Notes under the pieces: model-generated
The model's database searches: none
What the model was told of the DNA's origin: nothing
Seen by the model: the letters and a program-made list of their open reading frames with translations, nothing else
DNA from: Mobula birostris
Lineage: Eukaryota
Assembly (NCBI RefSeq): GCF_030028105.1
Contig: NC_092398.1
Span: 24,319,649 to 24,383,648 of the forward strand
Length of the DNA: 64,000 bases
Reading direction: 5' to 3'
Part shown: positions 36,698 through 50,217 of the stretch, one piece after another
Layout of the letters: each line of letters opens with the position of its first letter
How positions within the stretch are numbered: the first letter of the stretch is position 1
Program-made: the position numbers and the translations under genes

Positions 36698-38078
36698 TAG
36701 AATACCTCGTGGGCCCTCAGCCGACCAATATCTCCTGACTACAGACACAGTGGACAGTCGGCTGCAAATATGGTCAGCACTGGAGGCTTTCCTGTACGCT
36801 TCTTCCAATCTCTTAGAACATAGAGCGTAGAACAGTACAGCTCAGGGACAGGCCATTCGGCCTACTATTGTCGGATCAATTAAATTATTAAATTACTGGC
36901 CAATTAATCTAATCCCCTCTGAATACCCAATGTCGATATCCTTCCAATTAGCTCATTTCGCCGACATAAACATCCCTGAAAAGTCTCTGAGCTATCTGTC
37001 TTTACCATCATCCCAGTCAGCGTATACCAAGCACGCACCACTCTCTCTGTGTAAACTACTTGCCCCTCCCATCTCCCTTGTAATTACGCAGTCTCCTCTT
37101 AAATGCATGGCCTTTGGTGTTAGACATTTCAACCTTCGGTAAAATATACTGTTGCTCTGTGCCTTTCATAACCTACCAAAATTCCATCAGGTCTCCCCTC
37201 TCTTTTCGCTGGCCCAGTCTTCATTCGGATACAACAATCCATGGTCTCGTCCACTGTCGAGATGAGGCCACACTCAAGTTGGAGGAACAATAACTTATAT
37301 TGCATTTGGGTACATCCAACTTGCTGACATGTACGTAGATTTCTCAAAATTCCAGTCATGCCCTCCCTCCTACACCGCTCCCCATCGCCTTTTCCCTCTC
37401 TCACATTGCCTGCACATCTCCTCCCTCTGTTGCTCCTTCCACCTTATCTTTCCTTCATGGGCTTCTTTCCACTCCCCTTCTCGAGCCCTATATTTCTTTC
37501 ACCAATCAACTTTCCAGCTCTTTACTTTATCCCTTGCCCCGGTTTGACGTATTACCTTGCGTTTCACTCTCCCCCTCCCTATCTTTTAATTCTGCACCTC
37601 ATCTTTTCCTCACGGTCCTGCTGAAGGAACTCAACCCGAAAGGTCGAATGCACATTTCTCCATAAATCTTCAGAAATTTCTGTTTGTTTCTCAGAATTCC
37701 ACCATCTGCAGTTTCTCTGTTTGTAATCTGGCACATCCATTCCACATCAACTCTGTCTAGGCCTTTCAATATTCCAAATGATTTAATGACATCACATTCA
37801 TCCTTCTGAATTCCAGAGATACAGACCCGGAGCTATCAAAGCTTCTTTCTATGATGACCTTTTCATTACCGGAATTATCTTTCTGAACCTCTCCTGAACC
37901 CGCTCCAACGCCAGCACTTCTTTTCTTAGATGAGGAGCGCAAACTGTTCACAATACTCAAGCGAGGACTCACCGGTGCTTTATAAAGCCTCAGCATCACA
38001 TCCCTTCTCCTGTATTCCAGACCTCTTGAAATGAACACTACCATTAACTTTGCCTTCTTCACCACCGATTCTACGTAT

Positions 38079-41000
38079 CAGACCATAAGGCCATAAGACA
38101 AAGGAGCAGAAGTCTGCCATTCGGCCCATCGAGTCTCCTCAGCCATTTTATCATGAGCTGATCCATTCTCCCATTTAGTACCACTCCCCCGCCTTCTCAC
38201 CATAATCTTTGATGCCCTGGCTACTCAGGTACCTATCAATCTGTGCCTTAAGTACACCTAATATCTTGACGTCCACTGCTGCCCGTGGCAACAAATTCCA
38301 TAGATTCACCACACTCTGGCTAAAAAATTTCTTCTCATTTCTGTTCTGAATGGGCGGCCTTCAATCCTTAAGTCATGCCCTCTCGTACTAGACTCCCCAA
38401 TCATGGGAAACAGCTTTGCCATATTCGCTCTGTCGATGGCTTTCAACTTTCGAAATGTTTCTATGAGGTCTCCCCTCGTTCGTCTAAACTCCAAGGAATA
38501 CAGTCCAAGAGCGTACAAACGTTCTTCATATGTTAACCCTCTCATTTCCTGAATCATTCTAGGGAATATTCTCTGTACCCTCTCCAACGTCAGCATGTCC
38601 TTTTCTTAAATAAGGAGACCAAAACTGCCCACAGTACTCCAAGTGAAGTCTCACCAGCGACTTATAAAGCCTCAACATCACATTCCTGCTCCAATACTCT
38701 ATTCCTCTTGAAATGAATGCAAACATTGCATTTGCCTTCTTCACCACCGACTCAACCTGGAGGTTAATCTTAAGGCTATCCTGTGTGAGGACTCCCAAGT
38801 CCCGTTGCATCTCAGAAGTTATAATTATTTCCCCATTTAAATAATAGTCTGCCCGTTCATTTTTTTTCTGCCAAATTGCATCACCAAACACTTTCCAACA
38901 CTGTGTTTCATTTGTCACTTCTCTTTGTTTCCTCAGCACCACCGGCCCCTCCACCTACCTTCGTATCGTCAGCAAACTTAGCCACAAATCCATCTATTCC
39001 ATAATCCCAATCGTTGATGTACCAATTAAAAAGAAGCGGCCCCAGCACGGACCCCTGTGGAACACTACTGGTAACCGGCAGCCAACCAGAATAGGATCCC
39101 TTTATTCCCAGTCTCTGTTTCCTGCCAATCAGCCAACGCTCTTTCCACGTATTTAACTTTCTCATAATCCCATGGGCTCTGATCTTGTTAAGTAGCCTCA
39201 TGTGTGGCACCATGTGAAAGGCCTTCTGAAAATCCAAATATACAACATCCACTGCATCTCCCTTGTCCAACCTACTTGTAATTTCTTGAAAAAATTGTCA
39301 TATCTTTGTCAGGCAGGATTTTCCTTTAAGGAATCCATGCTGAGTTCTGCCGACCTTGTTATTTGTCTCCAGGTGCTCTGTAACGTCATCCTTGACAACT
39401 CGTTTCTGCATACCACGACACGGTTTATCCTACCCCACCCCATCCCCCATTCAATCCCTTCCTACCTATGATCGTGACACTTCTCACGCTCTTAAACTTT
39501 TCGATGATTTTAAGTTCCCTGACCCCACCTTTTTATTTTTCCCATGCATGTCCAGTCCCTATATACTTCTATTACCCATCGGGAAGGTCGTAAAGATCTC
39601 CGCTTCTTTTTGGATTCGACACCTAATCAGTTCCCCTCTGCCACCATTCTGCTCCTTATAGCGGAATTAGTTCTTACTCTTAATAAGTCTTCCTCCAAAG
39701 TAAAGGTGTAGCTATGGGCACCCGTATGGGTCCTAGCTATACCTGTCGTTTTGTTGGTTTTTGCAACAATCTATGTTCCAAACCTATTCTGGTATCTGTC
39801 CCCAACTTTCCCTTCGCTACATGGACGACTGCATTGGTGCTGCTTCCAGCACGCATGCTGAGCACGTTGACTTAATTAACTTTGCCTCCAACCTTCACCC
39901 TGACCTCAAGTTTACCTGGTCCATTTCCGACATCTACCGCCCCTTTTTAGATCTTTCTGTCTCTATCTATGTTGACAGCTTATCTATAGATGTCTACTAG
40001 AGGCCGACTCACTCTCACAGCTATCTGGACTATTCCTCTTCTCACCCTGTCTCTTGCAAAAATGCCATCTCCTCCTCGCAATTCCTCCGTCTCCGCCGCA
40101 TGTGCTCTCAGGATGAGGCTTTTCATTCCAGGACGAGGGAGATGGCCTCCTTTATTAAAGAAAGGGGCTTCCATTCCTCCACCATCAACTCTGCTCTCAA
40201 GCGCATCTTCCCCATTTCACGCACATCTGCTCTCACTCCATCCTTCCGTCACCCCACCAGGAATAGGGTTCCCCTGATCCTCACCTACCACCCCACCAGC
40301 CTCCAGGTCCAACATATTATTCTCCGTAACTTCGGCCACCTGCAACGGGATCCTACCACTAAGCACGTCTTTCCCTCCTCCCCCTCTCTGCTTTCCGCAT
40401 GGATCGCTCCCTTCGCGACTCCCTTGTCCATTCGTCCCTCCATCCCTCCCCACTGATCTCCCTCCTGGCACTTCTCCTTGCAAGCGAAACAAGTGCTACA
40501 CATGCATTTACACTTCCTCCCTTACCACCATTCAGGGCCCCAGACAGTCCTTCCAGGTGAGGCGACACTTCACCTTTGAGTCGGCTGGGGTGATATACTG
40601 CTTCCAGTGTTCCCGATGTGGCCTTCTGTATATTGGTGAGACCCAATGCAGACTGGGAGCTCGTTTTGCTGAACAGCAACGCTCTGTCCTCCAGAGAAAG
40701 CAGGATCTCCCAGTGGCCACACATTTTAATTCCACATCACATTCCCATTCTGATATGTGTATCCACGGCCTCCTCCACTGTAAAGATGAAGCCACACTCA
40801 GGTTGGAGGAACAAAACCTTATATTCCGTGTGGGTAGCCTCCAACCTGATGGCATGAACACTGACTTCTCTAACTTCCGCTAGTGCCCTACGTCCCCCTC
40901 GTACCCCATCCGTTATTTATTTATATACACACGTTCTTTCTCTCTCTCTCCTCTTTCTCCTTCTGTCTCTCTGACTGTACCCCTTGCCTATCCTCTGTGT

Positions 41001-43240
41001 TTTTCCTCCCTCCCCCTTTTCCTACTGCCTGGGCCTCCTGTCCCATGATCCTCTCATATCACTTTTGCCAATCACCTGTCCAGCTCTTAGCTCCAACCCT
41101 CTCTCTCCTGTCTTCTCCTATCATCTTGGATCTCCCCCTCCTCCTCCCACTTTCAAATCTCTGACTAGCTCTTCCTTCAGTTAGTCGTGACGAAGGGTCT
41201 CGGCCAGAAACGTCGACTGTACCTCTTCCTAGAGATGCTACCTGGCCTGCTGCGTACACCAGCTGCTTTGATGTGTGTTGCTTGAGTACTTTCTCTGTCG
41301 TAATTGTGACTGCTCACACTTCTCTTCCCTGCCACCTTTGAGTGTCCGTTATACGGATGATTTTCTCCTCAGTGAGGACTGATGCAAAATACTCGTTCAG
41401 TTCCACCGCCATCTCCTTATCTCCCATTACAATTTCTCCAGCATCATTTTCTATCGGTCCTATACCTAGCCTCACCTGTCTTTTTCTCTTCATATACTTG
41501 AAAAAGCTTTTAGTATCCTCTTTGATATTATCTGCTAGCTTCCTTTCATAGTTAATGCTTTCCCTCTTAATGACCTTCTTAGTTTCCTATTGCAAAGTTT
41601 TAAAAACTTCCCAATCCTCTGTCTTCCCACTAATTTTTACTTCCTTGTATGCCCCCTCCATTGTTGTAACTTTGACTATGGCTTTTTCCATTCAAAAATT
41701 TCTTCTTTTTTGGAATACACCTGTCTTGCACCTTTCTCACTTCTCGCATAAACTCCAGCCACTACCGCTCTGCCGTCCTTCCTGCCAGTGTCCCTTTCTA
41801 GTCAACTTTGACCAGTTCCTCTCTCATGCCACTGTAATTTCCTTTACTCCACTGAGATACTGACACATCGGATTTCGGCTTCCCTTTTTTCAGATTTCAC
41901 AGTGAACTCAATCATGTTATGATCATTGTCTCCTAAGGGTTCCTTCATCTCAATTTCTCTAATCACCTCGGGTTCATTACACAATACCCAATCCAGTACA
42001 GCCGATCCCCTAGTGGGATCAACAACCTGTTCTAAAAAGCCATCTCGCAGACATTCTACAAATTCTCTTTCTTGAAATCCAGTGCCGACCTGATTTTCCC
42101 AATCCATTCGCATGTTAAAATCTCCCACAATTTTCATAACATTGCCCTTCTGTCAAGGTTTTTCCATTTCCTTTTGGAAATGTGTAGTCCACATTACTGC
42201 AGCGGTTTGGAGATCTATAAATAACTGCCATCAGGGTCTTCTTACCCCTGCGATTTCTTCGCTCAACCCATAAAGATCCCGTACCTTCCGATCCTATCTC
42301 ACCTCTTTTTAATCATTTAATATCATTTCTTACTAATAAACCCACGCCTCCCCCTCTGCCTACCTTCCTATCCTTCCGGTACAGCGTGTGTCCTTGGACG
42401 TTCAGCTCCCAGAGACATGCATCATTTAGCCAGTTCTCAGTAATGGCCACAATATCATACCTGCCAATCTGTAGCTGTACGACAAGGTGATCCACCTTAT
42501 TCCTTATGCTGCGTGCATTTCAATATAACACCTGAAGACCAGTATGTGGTACTTTTCGCTTTGGTTTCGCTGCAACCTTATTACACTGCAACTCATCCCG
42601 ATGGCTACAAATTTGCCCCATCACCTGCTTGTCTTTCCTGGCATTTTTACTGCTCACTATCTTGGATTTGTTTATGTTTTCCCCTTCCTCCGCTCTATCA
42701 TTCCGGGTCCCATCGCCCTGCCAAACTAGCTTAAACCCTCCCTAACAGCTCTATTAAATCTTCCCGCAAGGATATTGGTCCCCTTCGCGTTCAGTCGTAA
42801 CCTGTCCCTTTTGAACAGGTCATATTTCCCCCAGAAGAGATCCCCATTATCCAAGAAACTGAAACCCTGCCCCCTGCACCGCTCTCCAAGCCATGCATTC
42901 ATCTGCCTGATCTTACTATTCTTGCCCTCGCTCGCACGTGGCACAGGTAGCAATCCCGAGATTACTACCCTGCAGGTCCTGCTTCTCAGCTTCCTTCCTA
43001 ACTCCCAGAAATCTCTCTTCAGGACCTCCTCCCTTGTCCTATCTATGTCATTGGTACCAACATGTACCAAGACAACTGGCTGCTCGCTCTTCCCCTTCAG
43101 AATATTCTGGACCCGATACGAGACATCCCGTACCCTGGCACCTGGGAGGCAACACATCATGCGGGTATCTCTATCAGGCTCACAGAATCTCCTGTTCGTT
43201 CCCCTGACTATGGAATCCCCTATGACTACCTCTCTGTAGT
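38079..43240 (-). mobile_element. Near full-length decayed CR1 LINE (unit 2)
   Basis: Copy of 14458-19620. Confidence 0.92.
39410..41281 (+). mobile_element. Penelope-like element (unit 2)
   Basis: Copy of 15790-17661. Confidence 0.9.
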
Positions 43241-43249
43241 TCCGATAAC

Positions 43250-44620
43250 TACAAATTAACCTTTAAATGTTTCCTTTGCATCTCTGATTTTCGGATTTTC
43301 TCCCCATTTAGAAAATAGTCAACACATTCTTTCTGCTTCCCAAGTGCATGATGATACATTGTCCAACATAATATTTTATTTTCCACTTTCATGCTCATTC
43401 CGCAAGTCTGTCTAAGTCCTTCGGCATCCTATCTGTTTCAACGCTGACTGCCGCTCCATCATCCATCTTATCAACTTCAAACTTGGCAAAAAAGCCATCT
43501 ATTCCGTCATCTAAATTACTGATACACAGCATTAAAAGAAGCGTGCCCGGCACCAAACCCTGCAGAACACTGCTAGTTACTGGCAACCAACCATAAGAGG
43601 ATCCTTTCATTCCCACTCACAGCCTCCTACCAATTCACCAATGCACTAACCGCGCCAGTAACTCCTAATTTGGTAAGCAGCCTCAGTTGTGACATCGTGT
43701 CAAAGGCCTTCAGAAAGTCGAAACATACAGCATCCTCTGCATCCACTGTTTATATCTTATGTATCCTCAAAAATCTCCAACAGGTAAGATTTTCCCTTGG
43801 GGAAACCATGCTGACTTTGCCCTATCTGGTCCTGTGTCGCCAAATAAATTCCTTTACTCCATTGAAGTACTGCTACATCACCCTCCATTTTCTCCCTATC
43901 AAATTTCAATTTGAATTCAGCCATATTGTGATTACTGCCTCCAGTTTATTACATAACCCAGTCCAGTATAGCTGATCACCAAGTAGGCTCAATGAAAAAG
44001 TGTTCTACAGAGCCATCTCCCAGGCATACAACAAACTCACTCCCTTGAGATCCATTTCCAACCTGATTTTCCCAATCGAACTGCATGTTCAAATCACCCA
44101 TGACAATCATAAAATTGCCCTTTTGACATGCCTTTTTTATTTCCTGTTGTAATCTGTGGTCCACAACCCAGCTACTCTTAGGGCGCCGATGTATATCTGC
44201 CATCAGAGTTATTTTACCCTTGCAGTTGCTTAACTCAGCCCAGAAGAATTCAAAATCTTCCGATTCTATGTCACATCTTTCTACTGATTTGATGCCAGTC
44301 TTTGCCAGCAGAGCCGTGCCACCCCCTCCGCCTTCCTTCCTATCCCTCTAATGCAATGTGCAGCCTTAGATATTTAGCTCCCAACTGCAATCTTCCTTCA
44401 GCCAGGGCTTGTAATGTGCACAATATCGTACCTGATCATTTCTAACCGTGCAACAGGATCATCTACCTTATTTCTTTTACTCCGTGGTTTGAGATATAGC
44501 ATATTGCGGAATGTATTTGCTCCTATTTTTTGATTCTGCATTTCTAACGCACCTATAATCAGCCCGCTGGCTGCAATTATGTCCAATCATTTGCCTACCA
44601 TTCCTGACTGCACGCTATTT
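43250..44620 (-). mobile_element. Older CR1 ORF2 fragments present only in unit 2
   Basis: ORFs 43395, 43976 and 44398 (-): WLPVTSSVLQG, IVMGDLN, RNKVDD..YDIV. Confidence 0.8.
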
Positions 44621-45110
44621 TTGTTTGGTTTTTATTTTTTGCCACCGTCCTATCCTGAGTTTTTAAAGTCAACATCAATCCAATACTTAAGATATATCAA
44701 TGCCATCTGACCAGGAGAGAGGTTATCTTTGCGAAACTTTCTGGAGGAAATTACTTCAGCAATGTGGACTAAGCTGAGGTCTACCGACAGATGGAGATGG
44801 AAGAAGAGTCCAAAGTATTTCTCAGTATAAATACTCACAAACAGCCTTATCGCTGTAATAGGCTTATTTGGCAGTAAAATCTACACCTGCTCTCAGGCAG
44901 AACACTATGGGCCAGGTATTGCAAGGCTCCCAGGGAGTTACAGACATCATGGTTACCAGTAAATATGACAATGAACATCTCCAAAGTCCATGAAACCGTT
45001 GAAAGGATTAAAAGATTTGGGGCTCTGAGCACGACACATATTCTGTACACTTCTGCCAACTACCTGTCATTTAGATCATTCATTTAGAATTTAAGCGTAT
45101 ATGAAGTCAC

Positions 45111-45783
45111 TATGGAAGAGAAATATCAATGGTTTACATTGTAATGGGCATTGAGGGAATAATGAATTGTTTTTAAATGAGAACTCGAAATCTATAAGCA
45201 TTTATCTGTAATTAACGTACTCTGTGTGACTGAAATGCGCCCTGCAGCCGAGATACAAAAATAACTGTATTTGTACTTCCTTGTTCTGAGAATTTTCATG
45301 TTTCTGCGTTTGCGCCAGCTTGCCTGATATACCTTCGAGAACTAACACTTAGGTAAAATGTGTAGCTGCTCAACGACATTTTTTTTGCTACTTCGCTATT
45401 CGGTAGCGTTGCTGGAGTTCCGCTAAAAATACTGAGAAACTGATTGCTAAGCTTTGCCTTGAAGTCGTCATGCAGAACGCAGTGTACTACTTATACATGG
45501 TCTTCCAAAATGTTAGACATTGTTCTCCGTAAATGCTAGACAAAGGTTCAAATAAAGAATTATCTGGTCATACAATGTCGCGAGGCACGTGACCATAGTG
45601 TTGTAAAAATCCACCTCAGTGTCTCTTCTCACGTACCATTCATGTATAAATATGACCGAGATTTCTTGTATGACAGAGTTCCAAGACCCCGCTTTCAGGG
45701 GTTCGGGCTCGCTTTGATATCATGTATCAATAAAGATTATCGGAAGCAGCTTCTTCGAGTCCGAGTATGCTGTTTCCGCGACA
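45111..45783 (+). repeat. 5' LTR of the ERV (unit 2 only)
   Basis: Starts TATGGAAG and ends CCGCGACA; TATAAA at 45645, AATAAA at 45729; homologous to 50218-50898; followed by the PBS. Confidence 0.92.
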
Positions 45784-45786
45784 AAT

Positions 45787-45804
45787 TGGCGATGAGGATG
45801 TGAT
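45787..45804 (+). promoter_or_regulatory. Primer-binding site, tRNA-Ser(GCT)
   Basis: TGGCGATGAGGATGTGAT matches 16/18 nt of TGGCGACGAGGATGGGAT, the complement of the vertebrate tRNA-Ser(GCT) 3' end as recalled; 3 nt downstream of the LTR. Confidence 0.8.
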
Positions 45805-46058
45805 CATCTTTAGTATCCAAACACGTTCCAAGTCAGGAGGGAATTGCTGGACGGGTACTATTTTAGCCGGATCTCTGAAAAAAGGACCCGAGCGGAAAGA
45901 GGGGAGCTTCCAAGGGGACTGAAATTGTAAAAGGAAGAGTACCGTTCAGAAGATGAAGGAACGGAGAAGTTGCTGAGGAAACTCTAAACCGGTGAGCGCT
46001 GCAGAGAAGCTCTCGGGGAAATAAGCGGGCGCGCGGCGTAACTCTTCTTTTTCAGACG

Positions 46059-47830
46059 ATGGGAACTGTCTGCAGTCGGGCGTCTGCTACTGCTCCTGCA
46101 GACCCGCCCCAACGAGCAAGATCGCGTTGGGCCTTGAACGTAAGTAGGAAAACCGTGAAACGGATGAAAACTGTGAAGAAAGCTCGGCAGAATGGAGGAG
46201 ATCCCTTGATACCCCCGGAGTCACGAGCAGACACGGTAATTCGGGAAACAGGTGACGACCGATACGCTGTAACTTTTAGCAAAGATCTGTACGGCTGGTC
46301 GCAGGGAGACTGGCCGTACGGAGGGAGTTTTAAAATTGATTTGCAACAGACCTGTTGGGACGAGGTAGCGAATGGAAATGGGAACCCTAAGTGTGATTTT
46401 GAGAATATGATGGGATGTTTTGGGAAATGGATGCGGGTGGCAATGAGACACCAGCCCCATAAACAAAAGAGAAAGAAAGAAAAAGAGGAGGAGCACCCTG
46501 TCACGAAGAGTCTCGATGAAAAGCAAGGCCCGGCACCACCAACCGCTCCGCCACCCGACCCACCCAGACACCCCCCCCCCCCCCCCAACGATGCGGGCAC
46601 ACGTACCATTATACTCCCGGATACCGCAAATGGTATCTCTCGAAAGGAGAGATTCTGGTCCTAATATTCTACCAAATGGACTGATAAACGAGATAATAGA
46701 GATGGTAGCAGCCTGGGTCAGCAGAGTAACCGCACTCGGGAACAATCGGCACATCAGCTCCTGCTGAAGGAGCTGATGAACCCGCACAAAGGGCAGGCGG
46801 AGGGGAAGGCAGGGAGGTATAACTGGAGGAAGGGGTACAAACCAGACACATGTCTCAACGAATGGCCATTCACTCCTCCACCTCTCCGACAGTTCAGCCT
46901 CCAACAATAATGATAGGAGAAACAGTAATATTAAAGCCATGGACGCCTGCAGAGGCCTGAGCTTTTGTAGCTGAGCTCCCGAAACGAATAAAAAGACCAA
47001 CAGCGTTCCTCAGTTGGTTGGAACAAATGTGCGAAATTTATAAGCCTCTCCCGGTAGATTTGCGGACTCCTTTTCAAACGTGCCTATGAATGCTCCTGGG
47101 CAGCTTCGAAAGATACATTCCAGATTCCGCCCGGGAAGAATGCAGATTAGCGGAAAGATGATGAGAAAACACCACAGGGTAACGAATCCCTGTGTTCTTG
47201 GCTGTCCAGTAGAGGGAAGGACGCCATATTGTGGGCAGCACAACGGCATAGGGACTTAGGAGAAGTGACTAGATGCTTTCAGAAGAAGATTGAAGGAGCC
47301 CCTGATTTTATATGCCTGAGTTCTCTTAGAGGAAAATGGGCCATTGGCCATCTAGACTCTGCAAAATTTAATGTTGCCCCAACAAGGCAGATTTTTAAAA
47401 TGCGAGATTTGAACTGGCAGGCTATGCCTTGGTCAAAACTAGTCACTACTTTGATAAACATGGTAAGGGAGGGAACCTTCGTCGCACCAGGGATGGCCTT
47501 CAAACGCATTAGACAAAATTTTACCTACAGGAACAGGGTAGGGGAAAAGAAAAACGGAGAACATAGAAAAAGAGAGTTGAAAGATCCCAGGATATGTGCC
47601 GAAGATGTGGGGAAAATGGGCATTGGGCCAAAGAGTGCCGAATTCGTGCAAAGCAGGGTCGAAGTACTTCCTATAAAGAACCCACAGAATGGACTGGACA
47701 AAACGAGAGAAGGGTGACCTCCTTCTCTTATAGCAACCCTTTCCCACTGGAATATGGGTCCCAGGGGAGGTGGTGGTATAGGGAACGGTCATATCACTTT
47801 CCCAAGACTCCGAAACGCAACCCATGGTAA
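46059..47830 (+). pseudogene. gag: ERV gag (frameshifted, with stops)
   Basis: MGTVCS myristoylation-type start, matrix-like WPYGGSF, PTAP late domain, zinc knuckle CRRCGENGHWAKEC (CX2CX4HX4C) at ~47597. Confidence 0.85.
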
Positions 47831-49534
47831 ATCTTAGAATAGGAGACACTCACTTGGTGGACACTGGCGCTACCCTGTCCTCTGTACCCCCACCCTGGGA
47901 TTACCCCTGAGCCAGAACAGGTTAGGAACCGTAGTGGTAGCCGGAATCCCACTGTCAGAACTCTTATCGAAGAAGTTCCCCTTGTCCCTGGGAGACACTT
48001 GTATACAAGAAACTTTGATAGTCTCCAATACTACTCCCTTGCCGCTGTTGGGATGCCAAGCTCTGTGTAAGGTAGGAACTACTATTTACCGCTCTCCTCA
48101 GGGCATGTACATGGAAGTACCCTCGCCCCGGACGCATCAGTTAACGTCCCTGTTTCTCAACCACGAGGCCAAACTCGACCTGGTATTGTAATGCTGGCAA
48201 CTCGAGGGCAACCCCGACACAGTTAGGATGTACCGGCTGCGGCCAGAACTTGAGGGGCTGGCGCCGACGGCTCGCACTGAAGCTTTGTGGGGCTTGTTGC
48301 AAGTGGTCCGATACTACTCCCGTTTACACTGCACCGCCTGGTAGACAACGACAGATGATCCAGAATACCGAGAAAAGGCGTACACCCACGAAGGGCTTAA
48401 AGCTGAGATACACCCAGACCCTTATCTATATTTTGAGAAGGAAGGGCTGGGTATCCCGTTACGCCTGACCGCAGAGTAGCAACCCCTGTCCCACCTGGGA
48501 CCTGCGTCAATACCTCACCTACCCCTTGCTGTACGGCCTCCCTATCAGGAGAAACAGATAGGCCCAATGATGAAACGGTTGCAATCAGCCCCTATTATCG
48601 AGTGCATTGGGGACTTTGAATGGAACGGGCCTGAGGAGGGAAGAATACACCTTCCAGGAACATCCCGCCAGTTGGAGGACCCCCTAACCGAATTTCAACG
48701 ACAACAACTGCCCGAGCCGCCAGGCCATAGGAGCCCTTCAGCATTGGAAAGGGTAAATGCAGACTTGTGGGCCCTCCACAAGACACACGTGGGTCGAGTG
48801 GTCACTGCGAGAGACCTCTGTGTCAAGCTAAAAATGAATGCTGTATTACCATGTGTTAGGCAGTATCGACTAGCAGCTAAGGCAGAAGAAGGCATAGCCC
48901 CGGTCAGGGACTCTCTGCTCCAACAGGGGGTTCTCAAGCCTACCGTCAGCCCCTGTACAGACCAGTACTGCCTATACCTAAAGTTGGACGGCCCAATGAG
49001 CATTGCAATTCCCATAGCACCGGTGGTACCTGACGTCAGTATGATTGTTTCATCCATTCCCTCTGATGCTACTGTCTACACTGTGGTCGACCTGTGCTCC
49101 GCGTTTTTTTTCTATTCCTCTCCATCCGGATAGCCAGTATTTGTTTGCCTTCACATACAAAGGGCATCAGTATACCTGGACCCGATGCCCCAGGGGTATA
49201 CCGAAATTCCGGCCGTGTACGCTGCTGCAGTTGAACATGACTGAGACAAGTGTCATCTGGGAGAAAGTTCTATATTAATACAATACGCCGACGATCTGTT
49301 GGTGGCGTCAGCTACACTGGAAGAGTGTGTAAAAGACTCAGTGACCCTACTCCAGTTCCTAGCTGCCCGAAGTCATTGGTGGCTAAATCCAAGCTGCAAT
49401 TTTGTCAGCCACAAGTGCAGTACCTCGGGTGTTCATTGAAGGCTGGGAATCGAGAGATCGTAGCGGACCGAATACAGACCATTTTACAGACACCGACGCC
49501 AAAAACGAAAAAATTCGGGTCGACGGTCAGCTAA
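47824..49534 (+). pseudogene. pol: ERV pro-pol: protease, 2H-phosphodiesterase-like insert, RT (truncated before RNase H/integrase)
   Basis: LVDTGATLS (DTG at 47860), LLG; LHCTA (48327) and PHLPLAV (48516); RT VVDLCSAFF/SIPLHPDSQYLFAFTYKGHQYTWTR, QYADDLLVA (49284), KLQFCQPQVQYLG; several stops and frameshifts. Confidence 0.9.
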
Positions 49535-49990
49535 CAACAGGCAGAGTCCAGCGGGACTGAGGATGTAGTGGTTGACCGGAGTGGTGTTCATAGGAGCGTT
49601 GATTCAGGTGGTGGGAGGGAGCAACACTAACACCTTATTGTTCCTCTGCCATCCGTATGCTGATAGGTAAAGCAGGGAGCATGCTGCGTATGGGCCGAAA
49701 TTCCCCAGCTGGTAAAACGATGATCCGTATGTCGGTGGTCCCTCTTAACCTAAGTGAAGTGACATCAGTAGTTTTGTTTAGTGGGGGCAGGAATGGTTGC
49801 AGTGTCAATGGTTCTGAGATCTGGCCAGGATGGCCTTCTGGCTTTGCAGGATGGTACTATCGGCCTTCTTCCCGCAACCCGTCCAACCTATGGTCAGGAG
49901 TTAGTGTAACTCCACCGCAGCGGAACAGTAAAAAAAAAACTTCTGTTACTGCAATAACAATTAGAGCTGCCCTTACCAAGTAGGGGATTT
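49535..49990 (+). pseudogene. Probable env SU remnant
   Basis: Lies between truncated RT and the PPT; Cys/Trp/Gly pattern (YC..., GCSVNGSE.WPGWPSG..GWYYRP) reminiscent of class I SU N-termini; no TM region seen. Confidence 0.4.
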
Positions 49991-50206
49991 CTCCTGCTCA
50001 AAAATAAGACTGCCTCTGATGACACTCTACCCCGTCCCCTTAATGGCAGTTACCCGAAATGATGGAAGACACAGCCGGCAAGGAGCATCTGCTGAGGTGA
50101 AGAGGTGTACCCAGGGAAGAAAATACCATTCTGCGATGCATATAAATTCCCTTATGAGGAGGAGGAGGAAATACCACAGTAAAGAGTGTTAATCTCGAAG
50201 ATTAAC

Positions 50207-50216
50207 AAGGAGGGAA
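50207..50216 (+). promoter_or_regulatory. Polypurine tract
   Basis: AAGGAGGGAA immediately before the 3' LTR start at 50218 (same at 23463-23472). Confidence 0.8.
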
Positions 50217-50217
50217 C

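Noticed and set aside
46052-47000. Long minus-strand ORFs (185 and 259 aa) as retroviral antisense genes
   Set aside because: Shadow frames of purine-rich gag; not preserved as one ORF in unit 1; no recognisable motifs.
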